A DNA stretch of 63,647 nucleotides, counting the filler, from Saprolegnia diclina VS20 (Eukaryota), in the NCBI RefSeq assembly GCF_000281045.1. It is 5 parts of one record of this genome, joined end to end, with 100 filler letters (N's around TTAATTAATTAA, not from the genome) between each part and the next. Parts side by side here need not be neighbours in the genome. Positions count along the whole stretch, not along the records: positions 1 to 19,044 come from NW_008246093.1; 4 more parts are not named here. One strand, written 5' to 3'. Under the pieces are notes generated by a model. It was not told the DNA's origin. It saw only the letters and a program-made list of their open reading frames with translations, and did not search any database. Shown here one piece after another: positions 1-13,100 of this stretch (its first letter is position 1; every line of letters starts with the position of its first letter). The translations under genes and the position numbers were made by a program.

Positions 1-114
1 GCGCTCTCGTTCTCGTTGACGAGCAACATCATGGCCGTCTTCCCGTCGACCAAGTGCTACCGCATCGCCGGCGGCAAGGGCACGGTCAACGGCACGTGCC
101 CCGTCAAGAAGTAA
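1..114 (+). CDS. 3' end of an unidentified gene (partial)
   Basis: Frame 1 is open from base 1 (ALSFSLTSNIMAVFPSTKCYRIAGGKGTVNGTCPVKK) to TAA 112-114, with strongly GC3-biased codons, followed by AT-richer sequence. Confidence 0.6.
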   Translation, partial: ALSFSLTSNIMAVFPSTKCYRIAGGKGTVNGTCPVKK

Positions 115-604
115 ACCAAAGTCGCAGAAAGCAACGCTGCGCGTGTGTCTAGTGTCGTTCATTAATTGCTACGAATGTATCCAACGTGATGGTTCGGTTC
201 CGATGTTAGTGTTTCGCGTCCATATTTCCAGCGATAGTATTAGCAAAGAGTTGCAACCCTCGCACTCTATTATGGCTCCATAAGGTGAGCGAGGTGCTTG
301 CGCGCTGTGTCGTCAAGCGGCCATGCGATGTGGACAGAATTGGACATGGATCGCTGTCGACGCTGTGATTCGCTCTTGTTTTTGATCGTTTCAGCCAATC
401 GCAAGCGCCGTGGACGGTTGGAATCGGCGCGCGATGGCCACCTTGGCTCTCGAAATCAAAAGTGTTCAAAGTTGAATAGACGATAGACAGCATTGTGGAC
501 AACACGTAGCGTCATGTCGCGTCGGCGCTAAGGCGTCGAGCAAAAGCGATGCAGCAAATTGCGAATTGTGGTCATTGCCATATTTTGTGGAGTACTGCCA
601 CCGG

Positions 605-640
605 TAGCCATATTTAGCCATATTTAGCCATATTTAGCCA
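605..640. repeat. 10-bp tandem repeat (TATTTAGCCA) x~3.6
   Basis: tagcca-tatttagcca-tatttagcca-tatttagcca, read directly. Confidence 0.9.
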
Positions 641-1195
641 CCGCGACAGCGAGAACTGGCGCCTTCCACCCCGCTACTCCGGAGGCATACCGGTGTACGG
701 CTGCGTCGTACAAACTCGATGCGAATCTCACGTCCGAGCTCTTCCTGTAGTACTATCCATAGTCAATGTATACCAATGGGATGCGCTGCGTACTAGATCG
801 GGCGGGCTATTCTTGTGCTAGCTAGTATGTCTTACTCGTACCTCTGGGGGAGCTTTAGCCCGGATACAAGCGTCGTTTTGATGCAGCGAGACCTAACCAA
901 AAGAAGCGTTTTGGCGTGCTACACACTATGCGGCGCCACAAAGCAACAAACGTAACGCCAGTCGTAGAGGGCCTGGACAGGAGAAAGAACTATCAATAAG
1001 AATAAGGCAACCGAGGTCCGAGGTCGAGCGACACCTCCTCGTCGCGCCAAGAAGTGAAAGCCTGGATAAACTGGAGCAGATAGGTCGAACTGTGCTTTTG
1101 CCGCGTCGCAAGACACTCAGACGTTGCAAGAACCACCACGACTTTTTGCTCACTCGACATTATTGTCATCACCTTGCCGCGCGATGAGGTCTCCG

Positions 1196-4100
1196 TCATG
1201 GTGGCGTCTTGTCCGCAACGAGGGATGGCCGGGGACCCAAGACTTGCTTGATAACTTTGGTCGCATGAGCGACCTTTTGAAAGTGGTGCACCGCCTTGCG
1301 CTTGATTTCGACACTCATGAGGCGGCCAAACTTGATTAAGAAGAGACAATTCACGACGACAACAATCACCTAGACCACATGACACTCGTGTACATGTGTA
1401 GCATTTGACCCACGCCAAGAAAAATGCGCAACCAGCCTGTGACGACCGACTGGAAGAGATACAAACCGCAGTAGAGCGTAAAGAGACACGTGAGAAGCGA
1501 CATTTCTTCGAGGTTGTTGATCACGGCGGCTTCGTACGGTGACCGGTCCATGTGCAAGTAGAGCGCGAGAAACGTAAGACCTGTCGCGCCCAGTGATTGG
1601 GACGGCGTGCCCCAGTTTTTTAAAAACACCGAGACGGCGCTCACGAGCACCTTGCGCATCATGACCCTACAATCGTGTCATGCATCTTGCTGCCGAGCGA
1701 GCCAAGTGTACCAGATTTCCCAGTAGTAGTACTGGGTCTTGTACCTACAGCACGATATCGATCTGCTCCTCTCTATCAAAAAAACACAAACCCGTCAAAG
1801 AGAAACCCGAGCTGGAGTTTGGTGCGCGGGTCCTCTAGCGTGTCTCGGTGCTTGTGCAGCGTGTACAGTGCATACGCAGGGATGCCGAGCGTATAGACAA
1901 TTAGACTTGGCACGCCCACAAAGAGCATCCACCGGTAGTGACTGCTGTCGTAGCACGCCACGTCCAGATCCGGATCCATGAAAAAGCGAGCATCCCCGTC
2001 GCTGTCGACGCCGAGCTGCGTGCACGTGAAGAGCTCGAAAATGACCTTGGTCACGCCCGGATGCACGAGGAACATGAGCACAATCACCGACACGACGGTC
2101 TTGTCGTGGATCTCCTGTCGCAACGCGGCGATGTAGGCGGCCTTGACCATGCTCAGTGGTTGCGGCAGCGCGAGGCGCTCGTGCAAATTGAGAAGGCACG
2201 TTGGTGACGGACGCGCTTTGACCGCGGCGAGCACGAGGGGCAACGTGTCTGCGTCCACGATCGGGTCCGGGTGGACGTCGAGGATCGCGAGCACGGGTGG
2301 TAGCCACGCGGTTTTGCGAAGCGTCCGCTGCTTCCGGAAATATACGAATTGCCAAAAGGCCAGCGGCGCCAGAATGCAGAGGATAGGGAGGCAGAGGTAC
2401 AAGATGAGCTGCTCAAAGTACGTCGGCAAGTGCGAGCTCACGCGGTAGTACCCCATGGCACACTCGATCGAGATGAGCTGCGCAGTCGGATTCGAGACGG
2501 CCGACTGAACGTTGAACATCGAGACCACTTGCGACGGCCATTTCAGTTCAAACGACCCGGCCAAACTCACGAGCTGGAGATACGAAGTGAAGATCTTGCT
2601 CAGAATCGAGTACGTATCCGCGCGCGCATTCGACTTGCGCATGGTCATAAAGATAAGTCCAACCGAAAGGACGACGCAAGCGACGATGCCCCCCACAAGC
2701 ACGAGCAGGGTCAACGTCAAGTTGTTCGGGCAGCTAATGCACGACGATTTGCCGCTGCGGGTGTAGCCGTCGGCGCACTGGTTGCAGAGGTGCCCCGAGT
2801 AGCCATCGGCACACGTTTCGTTGGCGACACGATAGAGCGTCACGGTACCTAGCACACATAGGTTGGCATCAAAACATTCAAAGGTGGATAGTGGTTGTCG
2901 TACTGCCGTGGGTGAGCGTGCCCGACCCCGTCACATACAGTTGCATGTTGTCGTCCGTGGCTTTTGTTCCGACGACTAGAACCGGAAACGTGAAGGTGCT
3001 CAGAAGCAAAGTATCGCCAAATTCATAGTCGGACGTGCCCGCCGGGAGCACAAGGATGCTTGTCTCGTTGGGGCCATTGACGTTGATCATGGCCGTATCC
3101 GCACCTGCCACGACGCCGTTGCAGGCACTTGTAAGGCACTCGATGAGTGCGCAGTCATCGTAGCCACTCGTGCAAATGCCAGTCGAGTTGGGAAAGCGCC
3201 AGTAGCCGGCTATTGCCAGGATGGCGTCGCCGCCGCCGCAGATGGCGCCAGTCGGGCATTTGTGGCAGGTCGTCTCGGACGTGTTCCAGCTGAATTGGCC
3301 AAAGGGACATTGTACACACTCATTGACGCCGGACGGCGTGACTTCGCCCCGACGACACGCGCGCACATGCATGGTCACGTTACGAAAGGCCGTGAGCCCC
3401 GGCGAAGTGAACGCAAAAGAGACGTCGTGCCCTACGACCTAACGATAGTACGAGGCAGCACGCCAACGGTACCGGGGGTGGCTTGGACGCCCGAAGTGGC
3501 AAAGTCGCAAACGCCCGCAACCGCCGTCGCTTTGCCGCTGCCAACGACAAGCGCGTTCGTCGTCAACGCCGTGATGACGACACTCGAGCTGCTATCGGTG
3601 GTGACCGTCTGAAGGTACTTGTCGACGATCGACACGAGCATTGTGCCTACAAAGTTTGCCCCGCTGGCCTCGCCCGTCTCGGTTGCGGTCGCTGAACCCA
3701 ATGGCGTGTACTGCGGAAGCAGTCCGGACGCGCTGGACGCATAGTTGGCGCCGTACGAGGCACTGTTGCCGATATAGGTCTGGGATGAAATGCCCGAGGG
3801 CTCGAGCGTCAGCCAAAAGATCGCACCGCCGCCGCCATTGGTCGCTTCGTTGTTGGCGTGCGTGGTCGCGGCAAGGGCGAGGTTGATGTTGCTGGCGTAG
3901 AGTGCACCGCCCACTGCCGCCTCATTGGAGGTGAACACGGTTGTTGTAAGGCCAACGGGATAGGTACTTGACGTTGCGGCGGACGTCATGTACAGTGCGC
4001 CCCCCATGACACGCGCCGCGTTGCGAAGGAACGTTGTGTCGGTCAACGTAATGGGTCCTTGGGCGTCAATAAGGTAGATGGCGCCGCCTTGTGACGCGAG

Positions 4101-7100
4101 CGCACTGCTGCTCGCGGTGGCGGCATTGGCGGTAAAGTTGCATCCGTGGGCCGTTGCATTTGTGGGTTCGACAAGCGCGATTGCACCGCCTTGAACGGCG
4201 ACATTTTGTACAAAAAGAGAGTTCACCGCGGCAAAGGCATTGGAGCTAAAATAAATGGCACCGCCGGTGCCCGTCGCGCGGTTGGCCACCCACGTCGACG
4301 TCGTCGTCGTCACGTTGGAGACGTCCGCACAGAAGCCGCCGCCGGTCGCTGCGCGGTTGTTGGAGATGGTACACTCGGTCATCGTGACGGACGACGACGC
4401 CACGTAGGCGCCGCCACCCGACGCAGCAGTGCAATTGTCAATGACACTGGACCTGACCGCGACGACACTGGCAAAGGAGTAGAGCGCGCCGCCGTAGGCG
4501 CCCGCCGAGTGCCCTCGTACGTCGCAACCGAATAGCGCGAGCGTTGAAAGAATGCTGTAGAACGCGCCGCCGTTGGACGAGGCCGACGCCGCGTCGATGG
4601 TCGCATTGTGCAACTGCAGCACCGAGTCTTGGCTCGCGACCAAGCCGCCACTGCCGGCAGACGTCCGGGTCGCTTGCAAATAGGTAGCCACCACGTTGGC
4701 CAGCACGAGATACATGCCGCCGCCGAGAAGCGAGGCGGACGCATCGATAATGGAGAGGTTGGTGACCGCGCCAAGGGGAAGACTACAGTCGATAACGTAC
4801 AAGGCGCCGCCTTTCGCAGCCGAGGCCCCACGAATCGACGTGTTGGAGATCGTGGCAGTGGTGTCTCGGTTCATAAGCACGATGGCGCCCCCCGAGCCGA
4901 CCGCCGACGTCTAGTACATAACGTAAAACGTATTCAGTACACACACAAGGTACGTACATTGCTGATGCGTCCAGATGCTAGCGTGAGAACGCTCGACGTC
5001 ACGTAGAGACTGCCGCCATCCGTGAGCGACGCACAGCTATCAAATACGGTGTGTTGCATGCTCACGGCGGACGAGCCTTCCACGTAGATAGCGCCGCCGC
5101 CGACGCCTGCGACGCACTGCTGAAAAAAGACCGACTCGAGGACCACATCGGTAGCCCCAGAAGCGGCCAGCGCGCCGCCATACTGCTGAGCAAACCCATC
5201 TCGAAACACATCGCGTTCGACGCGAACGTGGTCCGAGCTGTCGAGATACACGCTGGCGCCGATCTTGGCGCTGTTGTTGCTGTGTACATTGTCTTGAAGA
5301 AGGACGACAACCTCAGAGTCTTGCGCCACCGTCATCGTCACACGGACGCTGCCACCGCTCTTGGACGCAAGGTTGGTAGTAAAGCGATTGCGGGCGACGG
5401 ACACGTAGCTTTGCGTGATGTGAACTACAGAGCCACATAAGAGACGCGACATTCTACTACGGCCAAGACGTACCAGCCGCGCCGGACGTTGCTGCGTTGC
5501 CTGCAAACGTGGCATTGGCAATAAGCACAACAGGTGTGAGGCTGTTGTCAAAGCAGTTGATCACATACATGGCACCCCCGAGCCCTTTGGTCGCAACAGA
5601 TTGCATGGGCACGCTGTTGTTGACGTACGCATTGGAGCTGCCCGTGTAGTTGGTCGTTGTGAGGTAGATGGCGCCGCCAAACGTCGTCGCTTGATTGCGT
5701 TCAAAGGTGCTTGCACTGCAGTTGAGACGCGACGCCTGAGCTAAAATCGCACCGCCGGTCGGTGCCCCCGTGTTGTCGAAAAAACTTGCGTTGACAACCG
5801 TCGCGACCGCCGACGAGAGTCGGAGACCGCTGCCTTGATTGCCACGAAATGTTGCGTTGAAGATGTAGAGACTGGCGCTATTGACGGCAACGGCGGCGCC
5901 GAAATTGTCGACGAAACGCGTGTCGTTGATGGTCACGATGCTTTTCAGTACGATGGAGAGAGCGCTCTCGGTGACGAGGAGACCGCGGTTGCGAGTAAAG
6001 GTACCACCGACCATCGTAACCACGGACGGGTTGACCAGTGCGACCGCACCGACGGTATAGGTCGAGATCAACACTGCCCCGCTCGACGTCGCGTTATTAT
6101 CGACAAACGAGCAGTCGATAATTGTAGCGATGGCCGAGAGAATCGCGACGGCGCTGCCGTAGTTGGCCACGTTGGCGTCAAAGACACACGAGGTGAGGGT
6201 GGCGGTACTGGGCGCGACGACGGCGACCGTGCCTTGGCCAAGAAACGCGTTTTGCGTGAACCGGCACTGGTCCACGGTCGTGCGACCCGCAATGTACAGC
6301 GCCGACCCGAGCAGCGGCGCCACCGTCGTCTATACAGCAACGTTAAATAGAGTTGGGGTGATCGAGAGTGCTTGTACCAAGCATTTGGTAAACGTGAGAC
6401 CGCGCACGACCGTGAGCCCCGAGGTATGCTGCAACTGCCACCCCCGCGTCGACGACCCGCACGACACGACCGTATACGCGCTGCCGCTGAGCGACTCGAT
6501 GTGGAAGCTTTTTGTAATCACGAGATTGCAGTAGCCCGAGCCTTCGTAGCGACCGGGAAATGCCCGCAGGAGGTCGCCGTCCGCCAATATATTGGCAAAC
6601 AAGTAGGCAAACGTGTACGTGTACGGCGACTCGCGCGTACCCAGACCCATGCCGCTGGCCGCAGCTTGGTAGCTTGCTGGAGCGACATAGTAGACGCGCG
6701 GGAGGTAGTACCGGATCTCCAAGCTGCCGCGCCCACCGGTCGTCGAGGCGAGAGCGACTTCGCCTTGCCCCATCGACGTCGAAAAGAGGCGCGAGCTCCC
6801 CGATGTAAAGCGGAGAGACGACGCCGAAGCTTTTGTCGCCGGGGCCGAGTACAGCGCCGTGGCGTTGACCGTTGTCGTGGCATAGGCCGTCCACGGCGCG
6901 CTTTCATCGGCTGTCCACGTACTGCAGTCGGTGACACCATCTGTATCGCCAAACGCCGACACGATCCATGCATAATCAGGCGGCAACCACGTATAGTTGT
7001 AGCACGTGTAGTTGAACGCGGCGTCAAGCGTACTGTGCACCACCTGCCACGGCTGCGCCGCCGACTCGGTCGAGTCGTCGAGTTGGCACTGCGCAATGCC

Positions 7101-10100
7101 CGGACGCGACGTCGACTGCACCGCCCATGGCGAGTAGCTACTCGGTGCTAGCGTCGCATTGATGCTGGCTGCAAGACTCGCAAAGGTATACGTCGCGTAG
7201 AACCCCGTTGAAAGCGTCACGACCGGTGCTGTCGCGTACGTGATGGTCACAGGCCCTGGCAGCGTCACACGGGTGCCGGCGCCCAAGCCACAGACGTTTT
7301 GCGTTGGTCGCGACGGTGCGGACAACGTTAGCGAGCCTTCGGCGCAGACGACATGAAGAAACTCAAAGACAACGGTGACCGTGTCAACGCCCGTGGGTTG
7401 CAGTACCCAGCGGCACTGGGTGTTGCCCGCCGCAAGTTGCGTTTCGACGAGCTGCCCGGTGGCAAGAACACCGCTTGGGGACTTGATGGGTGGGCCCTGA
7501 GGCGCACACGCAGTGTCTGTTACCTCGGCAAACGCTGGAGGTACCACTCGAACGACCGTCGTCGGCGTCGTCCACGATGCGTTTGTATACGGGAGCTCGG
7601 TGGCCGCAGTGATAAGCGTCCCGAGAGCATTTGGGAATTGAAATGTGACTACAGCACTGCTGTTGCTCACGGTATTGACCCAAAGCGTGCTGATACGATA
7701 GGGTCTCGGCTCGGCGCTCGCGCTGTACGCCGTGAGCTGTTGTACGATGGTTGAATCGTTGAGTCCAAAGGCATATACTCTCGTGCGCGTCAGCGTGGCC
7801 TGTTGCTGGAACATGTCCCACGACACGATCGCAGACGTCGCGTCAAAGGCGTTAAAGACGACGTTGGCCGTGCCGATCAGCGATGCGAGCACAGTCGCAT
7901 TGAGCCCGTAATCGGCCGGTGGCGTCGCACACCCGAGTCGACGGAGCGTCCACTGCCGGACAACCGTTGACGTGACAGTTGTCGCGCCGACTGGCACGGA
8001 GAGTACTTCAATGGCGCTCAAAGTTGCTCGTGTAGAGCTACTGACCGAGCCATTGGAGGCACCGTCGACAGCATTGATATACGTCATTTGCGGTTGAAAG
8101 GCGCCGAGCGCGGTGACACCAGTATACAAAGACGCAACGACCGCGTCCGGCAGGACGCTCGAAAAGATGTGGACACTGTAGATCGCGCCACGCCAATTGT
8201 TGAGAAGTTGCTGGGCAACGAGGCGGGCGCCGAGCGTCAAGCGACTAGCATCCGCAAATCCGGTGATGGGTGCGACGCACAGTAAGGGGCTGCCTGTTTG
8301 CGCAAGGAGCTTGGCACGTGTGGCCAAGCAGTTGCGATACGCCGTGTTCGTGTCGTACGCGCCGTAGCGCACGCCGTTGAGAAAGTACGTGACGACGCCG
8401 GCCTCGTACGTGACGGCAAGACTCACGGTATCCCCCGAGAAGACGGTAGGACTCATGGAAGCCACCGCGTTTATGCCGTAGGCGCCAAAGACCCACTGCC
8501 CTCGGCTTTGGGCCGCGGCCGTGACCTTGAGCACCAGCGATCCGAGATTGCAGTTTTCTTGCGCCACCAAGTACTGCTCGCTGTTGGTGAGCACGACACT
8601 GGCGTTGATGAGCAGCGTAAAGGCTCTCGACTGAAGGCGCGCGCTGGTCGTCGCAAAGTCGAGGCGTACGAGCCCCTGCAGCGCATACGTCCAGTTTCCA
8701 ACGTACGAGAGCATCGGCGCGACCACATCGGCGTAGGATGCGACGACCGATGCAATGCTAGTCCGACCGAGTCGCGACGGCCACGCACCGGCAATGATGG
8801 ACGCGGCCACGTCCAAACCCACGTCCGCACCGTCCATGCACCGCATAAAGGTCTCCGTTCGCTTGGCGAATCGCACCGACGTCGGGTACGGCGACGCGAC
8901 CACCGTCGCATTGTCGAGGCTCGTGATCGTGTACTCGATCGTGGTGTTGGCCGTAGTGTTGTCAAACGCGTTAAAGTACATCTGACCGACGGTCAAGTGC
9001 GTTTGGTAAGCTTGGCGCGACTTGGTCCACCAATAAGCGGTCGCGAGCGAGATGGCTGAGGGCTGGGGGAGTCCGTAGACACTGGCGTCGACGCACGTCT
9101 GTCCGCGCCGGTAGCGCACAATGTCGTACGTCGGGTGACAACTGTCGATTGATGTTGTCCGCCGCAAGGCGACCGTCGCGTCATACGTTGCCACGTGTTG
9201 AAAGATTTCGACTTGGTACATCGTGGTCGTCGACTGCTGCAAAAAGAGAGCGCGGTCGACGGCCGTTGCTGCCGAGAGGTTGTGGTTGGACGTGCCGTCG
9301 TAGTACACTGCACTGGACGCGGCGCCGTCGTATATGGTCACGGTGTCCGTTGTCTCGACGTCGGCCGAGACGACCTCAAAAACGACGATCGCGTTGGTCT
9401 TTGCAAAGTGCCACGCACACTGCAACGGGGGGTACCCCAATCGAGGTCGCGCTGGGACCATAGCACTCGGCACTTGCGGTGGCGGGAACGCCACGACCCC
9501 GCGCCGACTCGGAAGCAGCACGCGGGCCAAGCACGGATTCGTCTTGGATTCGCACTGCGCCCCCGTGTACCCCGGTGCACAAACACAGGCGCCCCGGACG
9601 CACGTGCCATTGTTGCACGACGATGGGCACGTCATGCCCTGAACGAGCACCCGAAAGGTCGTCGTCGAGTGGGCAGACGACGGCACGTAGCGCAGCTCGA
9701 GTTGCGACGACGACGACGTAAACACTGTAAAAGGCAGCATGGACGAGTACGTCGCGCTTCCAGACGCCCCGCCATGCAGTTGACTGTGGATGCCAAAGCG
9801 GCTTGCGTCCATCACCTACGATCATGGTGTCAGTATTGAACCCCACCGTATATGCAGTTGAGCAGGTACCATGGTTATATTGGGCGCGCCGTACTCGTAG
9901 CACAAGAGCAGGGACGCGTCCGTGATGTCGCAGGCACTGGTTCGCATGCGCTGTAGGGTGAGCATGGTCTTGGAGCTGTTGTAGAGCCGGAGTTGCCGCA
10001 CACTACCCGCGAAAAAGATATTGTCGGTGTCGGGTAGCGCGCTGTCCCCGCCGACAGTAAAGAGCGCATCCATCGGCGTCGTTAGCGTGTCGTTGACGGC

Positions 10101-13100
10101 GCCCGTCCGCGCCACGACCTGTCGGACGCCGTCAATGTAGGCAAATACATCGTTCTGGCTCGGCTGGTGCACGAACGCCACGTGCAGCCACGTATCGACA
10201 AGAACGCTGGTCGTCGTTGCCGTAAACTCGACGTCGCTAACGACAAGCGAGAGGTACCCCGTGTCGACGGCCAGCTGCACCGTGAAGTACGCAGCGAGCG
10301 GCGTACTGCTAGCCGATGCCATGACTTTCATTTTCTTTGGCACGGCGTTGACGCAGTTGGCGGCAACTGTGCAGTCGGCCTTGATGGTCGACGCGGCGTA
10401 GAGCCAAAAAACAATGGTTGTCGGGAGCGCCGGGAGCGGCGAGGTCGAGATGCTGTAGTCGGCGACGCCACTCAGAACCAGTGCATAGTTGGGCTGGACA
10501 AACGACATTGCAGAGACGTTGGCGAGCAGTGTCGGCGTCGGTGCGACATCGTAGAGCGTAATATAGTCGCCGGCACCGCCGTTGGCGTCGGTGAGGTTGA
10601 TCTCCAGAAACGAGAGCCACAGCGACGACACCGGCGTCGGTGCAGCAAACACATAGCTGCACTGCGTCTGGTTGATGCCGCTCGTCGCACTCGAGAGATT
10701 GGTCGTAGGAAAGACCATCGTCGCTGCATTCAGCAACAGCGTCTGGCTCGGCGCGTGACAGAAATGGGTCGTCGCCGCATTTGGAAAGGTGTAGAACGCG
10801 TCGTACTCGATGAAAAAGCCGTCGTAGGCGGTGCCGCTCTTGTCGCCGACGCTGTCGTACTCGACCATGACGCTACTCGTGTTGGCGACAATGCTTGCCA
10901 ATGTACTAGCAGAACATGAGACATCGTTTTTTGATTCACGTGGTCAGTACGTACGCCCAGTCGACGGCCCCGCTCAACGTCGAGGTAAGCGCAATGTTGT
11001 TGGCGGTGTCGGTCACCAAAACCTAGCCACGACACTCAGACAAGAGGGTGCCATCTCGACTACTTGCCGCGTCATTGGCAGATAGCTGTAGCTGTTGCAC
11101 CGTGAGCAGAATGCGCGTGTACGGCCGTAGCGCCAAGGGCACATCGGGGGCAATCGTGTACCGGCACGTGTGCACGCCGGACGTCGCTGTCGTCTCGTAG
11201 CCGTCGCTGATGCTTCCGGACGTGCTGTTGCGCGTGGCGGTGCCCGATACCAGGCCACACGGGTTGCTCTCGCTCATGCACGTGTGCTGCTGCCCGTTGA
11301 CGAGACACCACGGCGTCGACGTCGTTGCGTCAAGCGTCGATGCACCCAGCGTCAGGCACGCCAAGGCAGTGTAGCTCACAAGCACGGTGCCAGCGTCCGG
11401 GCCCGTGACAAGGCATTGGGCGGTTGGGACATCGCCCGCCAGCGTTACGTTGACGACGCTCCAAGCATTCGTCGCACTGTTGAAAGACACGGTAAAGCCA
11501 CGCGCCACTGGGTACTGCTTGGCGGCTGTGCCTTGTGCCGACGACGGTAGTTGCGGCGGCTGGCCTGGGGGGGCCGGCCATGGCGTCGCTGGGTCGTAAA
11601 TGTAGCAGTTGTTGCCACACGAGACTGTTGTCGCATCGGGCGTCGTTTTGGTCTTGATGGTCGTGTACGTGATGCGCGTCAGAAACGTATGGGCCGCCGA
11701 GTCGACTTGCAGAATCGCGTGTTGGACGACCCACGTTGGCATGACGCTACATGTACACGGCTGGGTACTCTGATCCAAGTTTGCGTAGGCGTAAATGCGA
11801 GCAGCCAAGAGGACGTCATTGCTCCGGTACGGCGTCCCGGCGACATAGGTTGCAAAGAGCGCGCAGTCGCGCTGCGTCGCGACCATAGGAAAGCTGCAAG
11901 TGCCGCCCGCCGTGGTCGTGGTTGTCAGCACCGCCTTGGCTGCGAGCGCGGCGAGGGTCGCTAGCGCATGATTCTATGATGGAGCTAACACGAATGACAC
12001 GTACACGCGGTCGAGACGCACAAAGACGCAAAGTCGGACGCATCTGCCAGTGCAAACGAAGCAAAGACTCTCGCGGGAGGCAGCGCGACCGTCGCGCAGT
12101 AAACATCGGCGATGCACACCTGCATGGTCAACGTCGCAATGCGTTGAAACCGAAGCGCGAGGGTGGCCGTGGGGTCGAGGATCTGGGGCGCCGCGAGCGT
12201 CGTCACCACGGTGCCATCGACTGCAATCTCCACTTGAGCCGCCGAGACCGCGCTGACTTCAAGAATGGCGGTATCGCTCGCCGTGTAGAAACCGACGCTC
12301 CAATTGTTGCCGGTTGGCACGGCCGAGACAAGCAGTGCCGAGTTGGCGGGAAAACCATCCGCCAGCACCACGGGCAGCTCCGTGCACGGGTTGCTGCCTA
12401 CTCGGTCATGGAGTACGACACTTCAACAGACGCATCAAACCTGCCGGACTCGCGCCAAAGGCGAACGCAAACGACTGCGATGGATGCAGCGGGTTGATGC
12501 CAGTCATCGCTAGACTGAGGTCGTTTTGGTATATTGAGAGGTCGCGCGCCGACCCGTCCAAAAAACTATGGACAATATGTACATCAAGGAATCGGTGGTG
12601 ACGGTGACAAGTACCGGTACTCGGCAACTAGGGCCGCGCGATCGGCCGCCAGCGTCGGCTGAAAGAGTGTCGCGGGGTCGCGCACGGTGTTCCATAGCCG
12701 CAGATAGCTCATAGCACCATGAAAACCACCGACCAAGAGTGTTTGAAGCGGCAGCAACGAGACGCCTTGATTCAGCAACTGCGTCGTCGCCATGAGCGTA
12801 CTCGTGTTGGCGGTCGCATTGACAAAGTATAGTGACGTGGTCGCGTCAGATGCCTGCCACGTCACAGCCACCGAGTACCACCGGCCCGTGTCGATGGCAA
12901 TGGTCGTTGGCCACGTCTCGGTCGTGATCGAGACCGTCAACCCCGACGACGTCCCGAGCGCAAGCCCAGGGTAGCTCAAAAGCACGTCGGTTGCGTTCCG
13001 AGAAGCAATTCGGACCGTAGCTTCGATCGTGACACCGGTCGTCGTGTTGAGTCCAACCAGTTGGCAGCGAGACGCGACGAGCGACGCGTCAGCAAAGACG

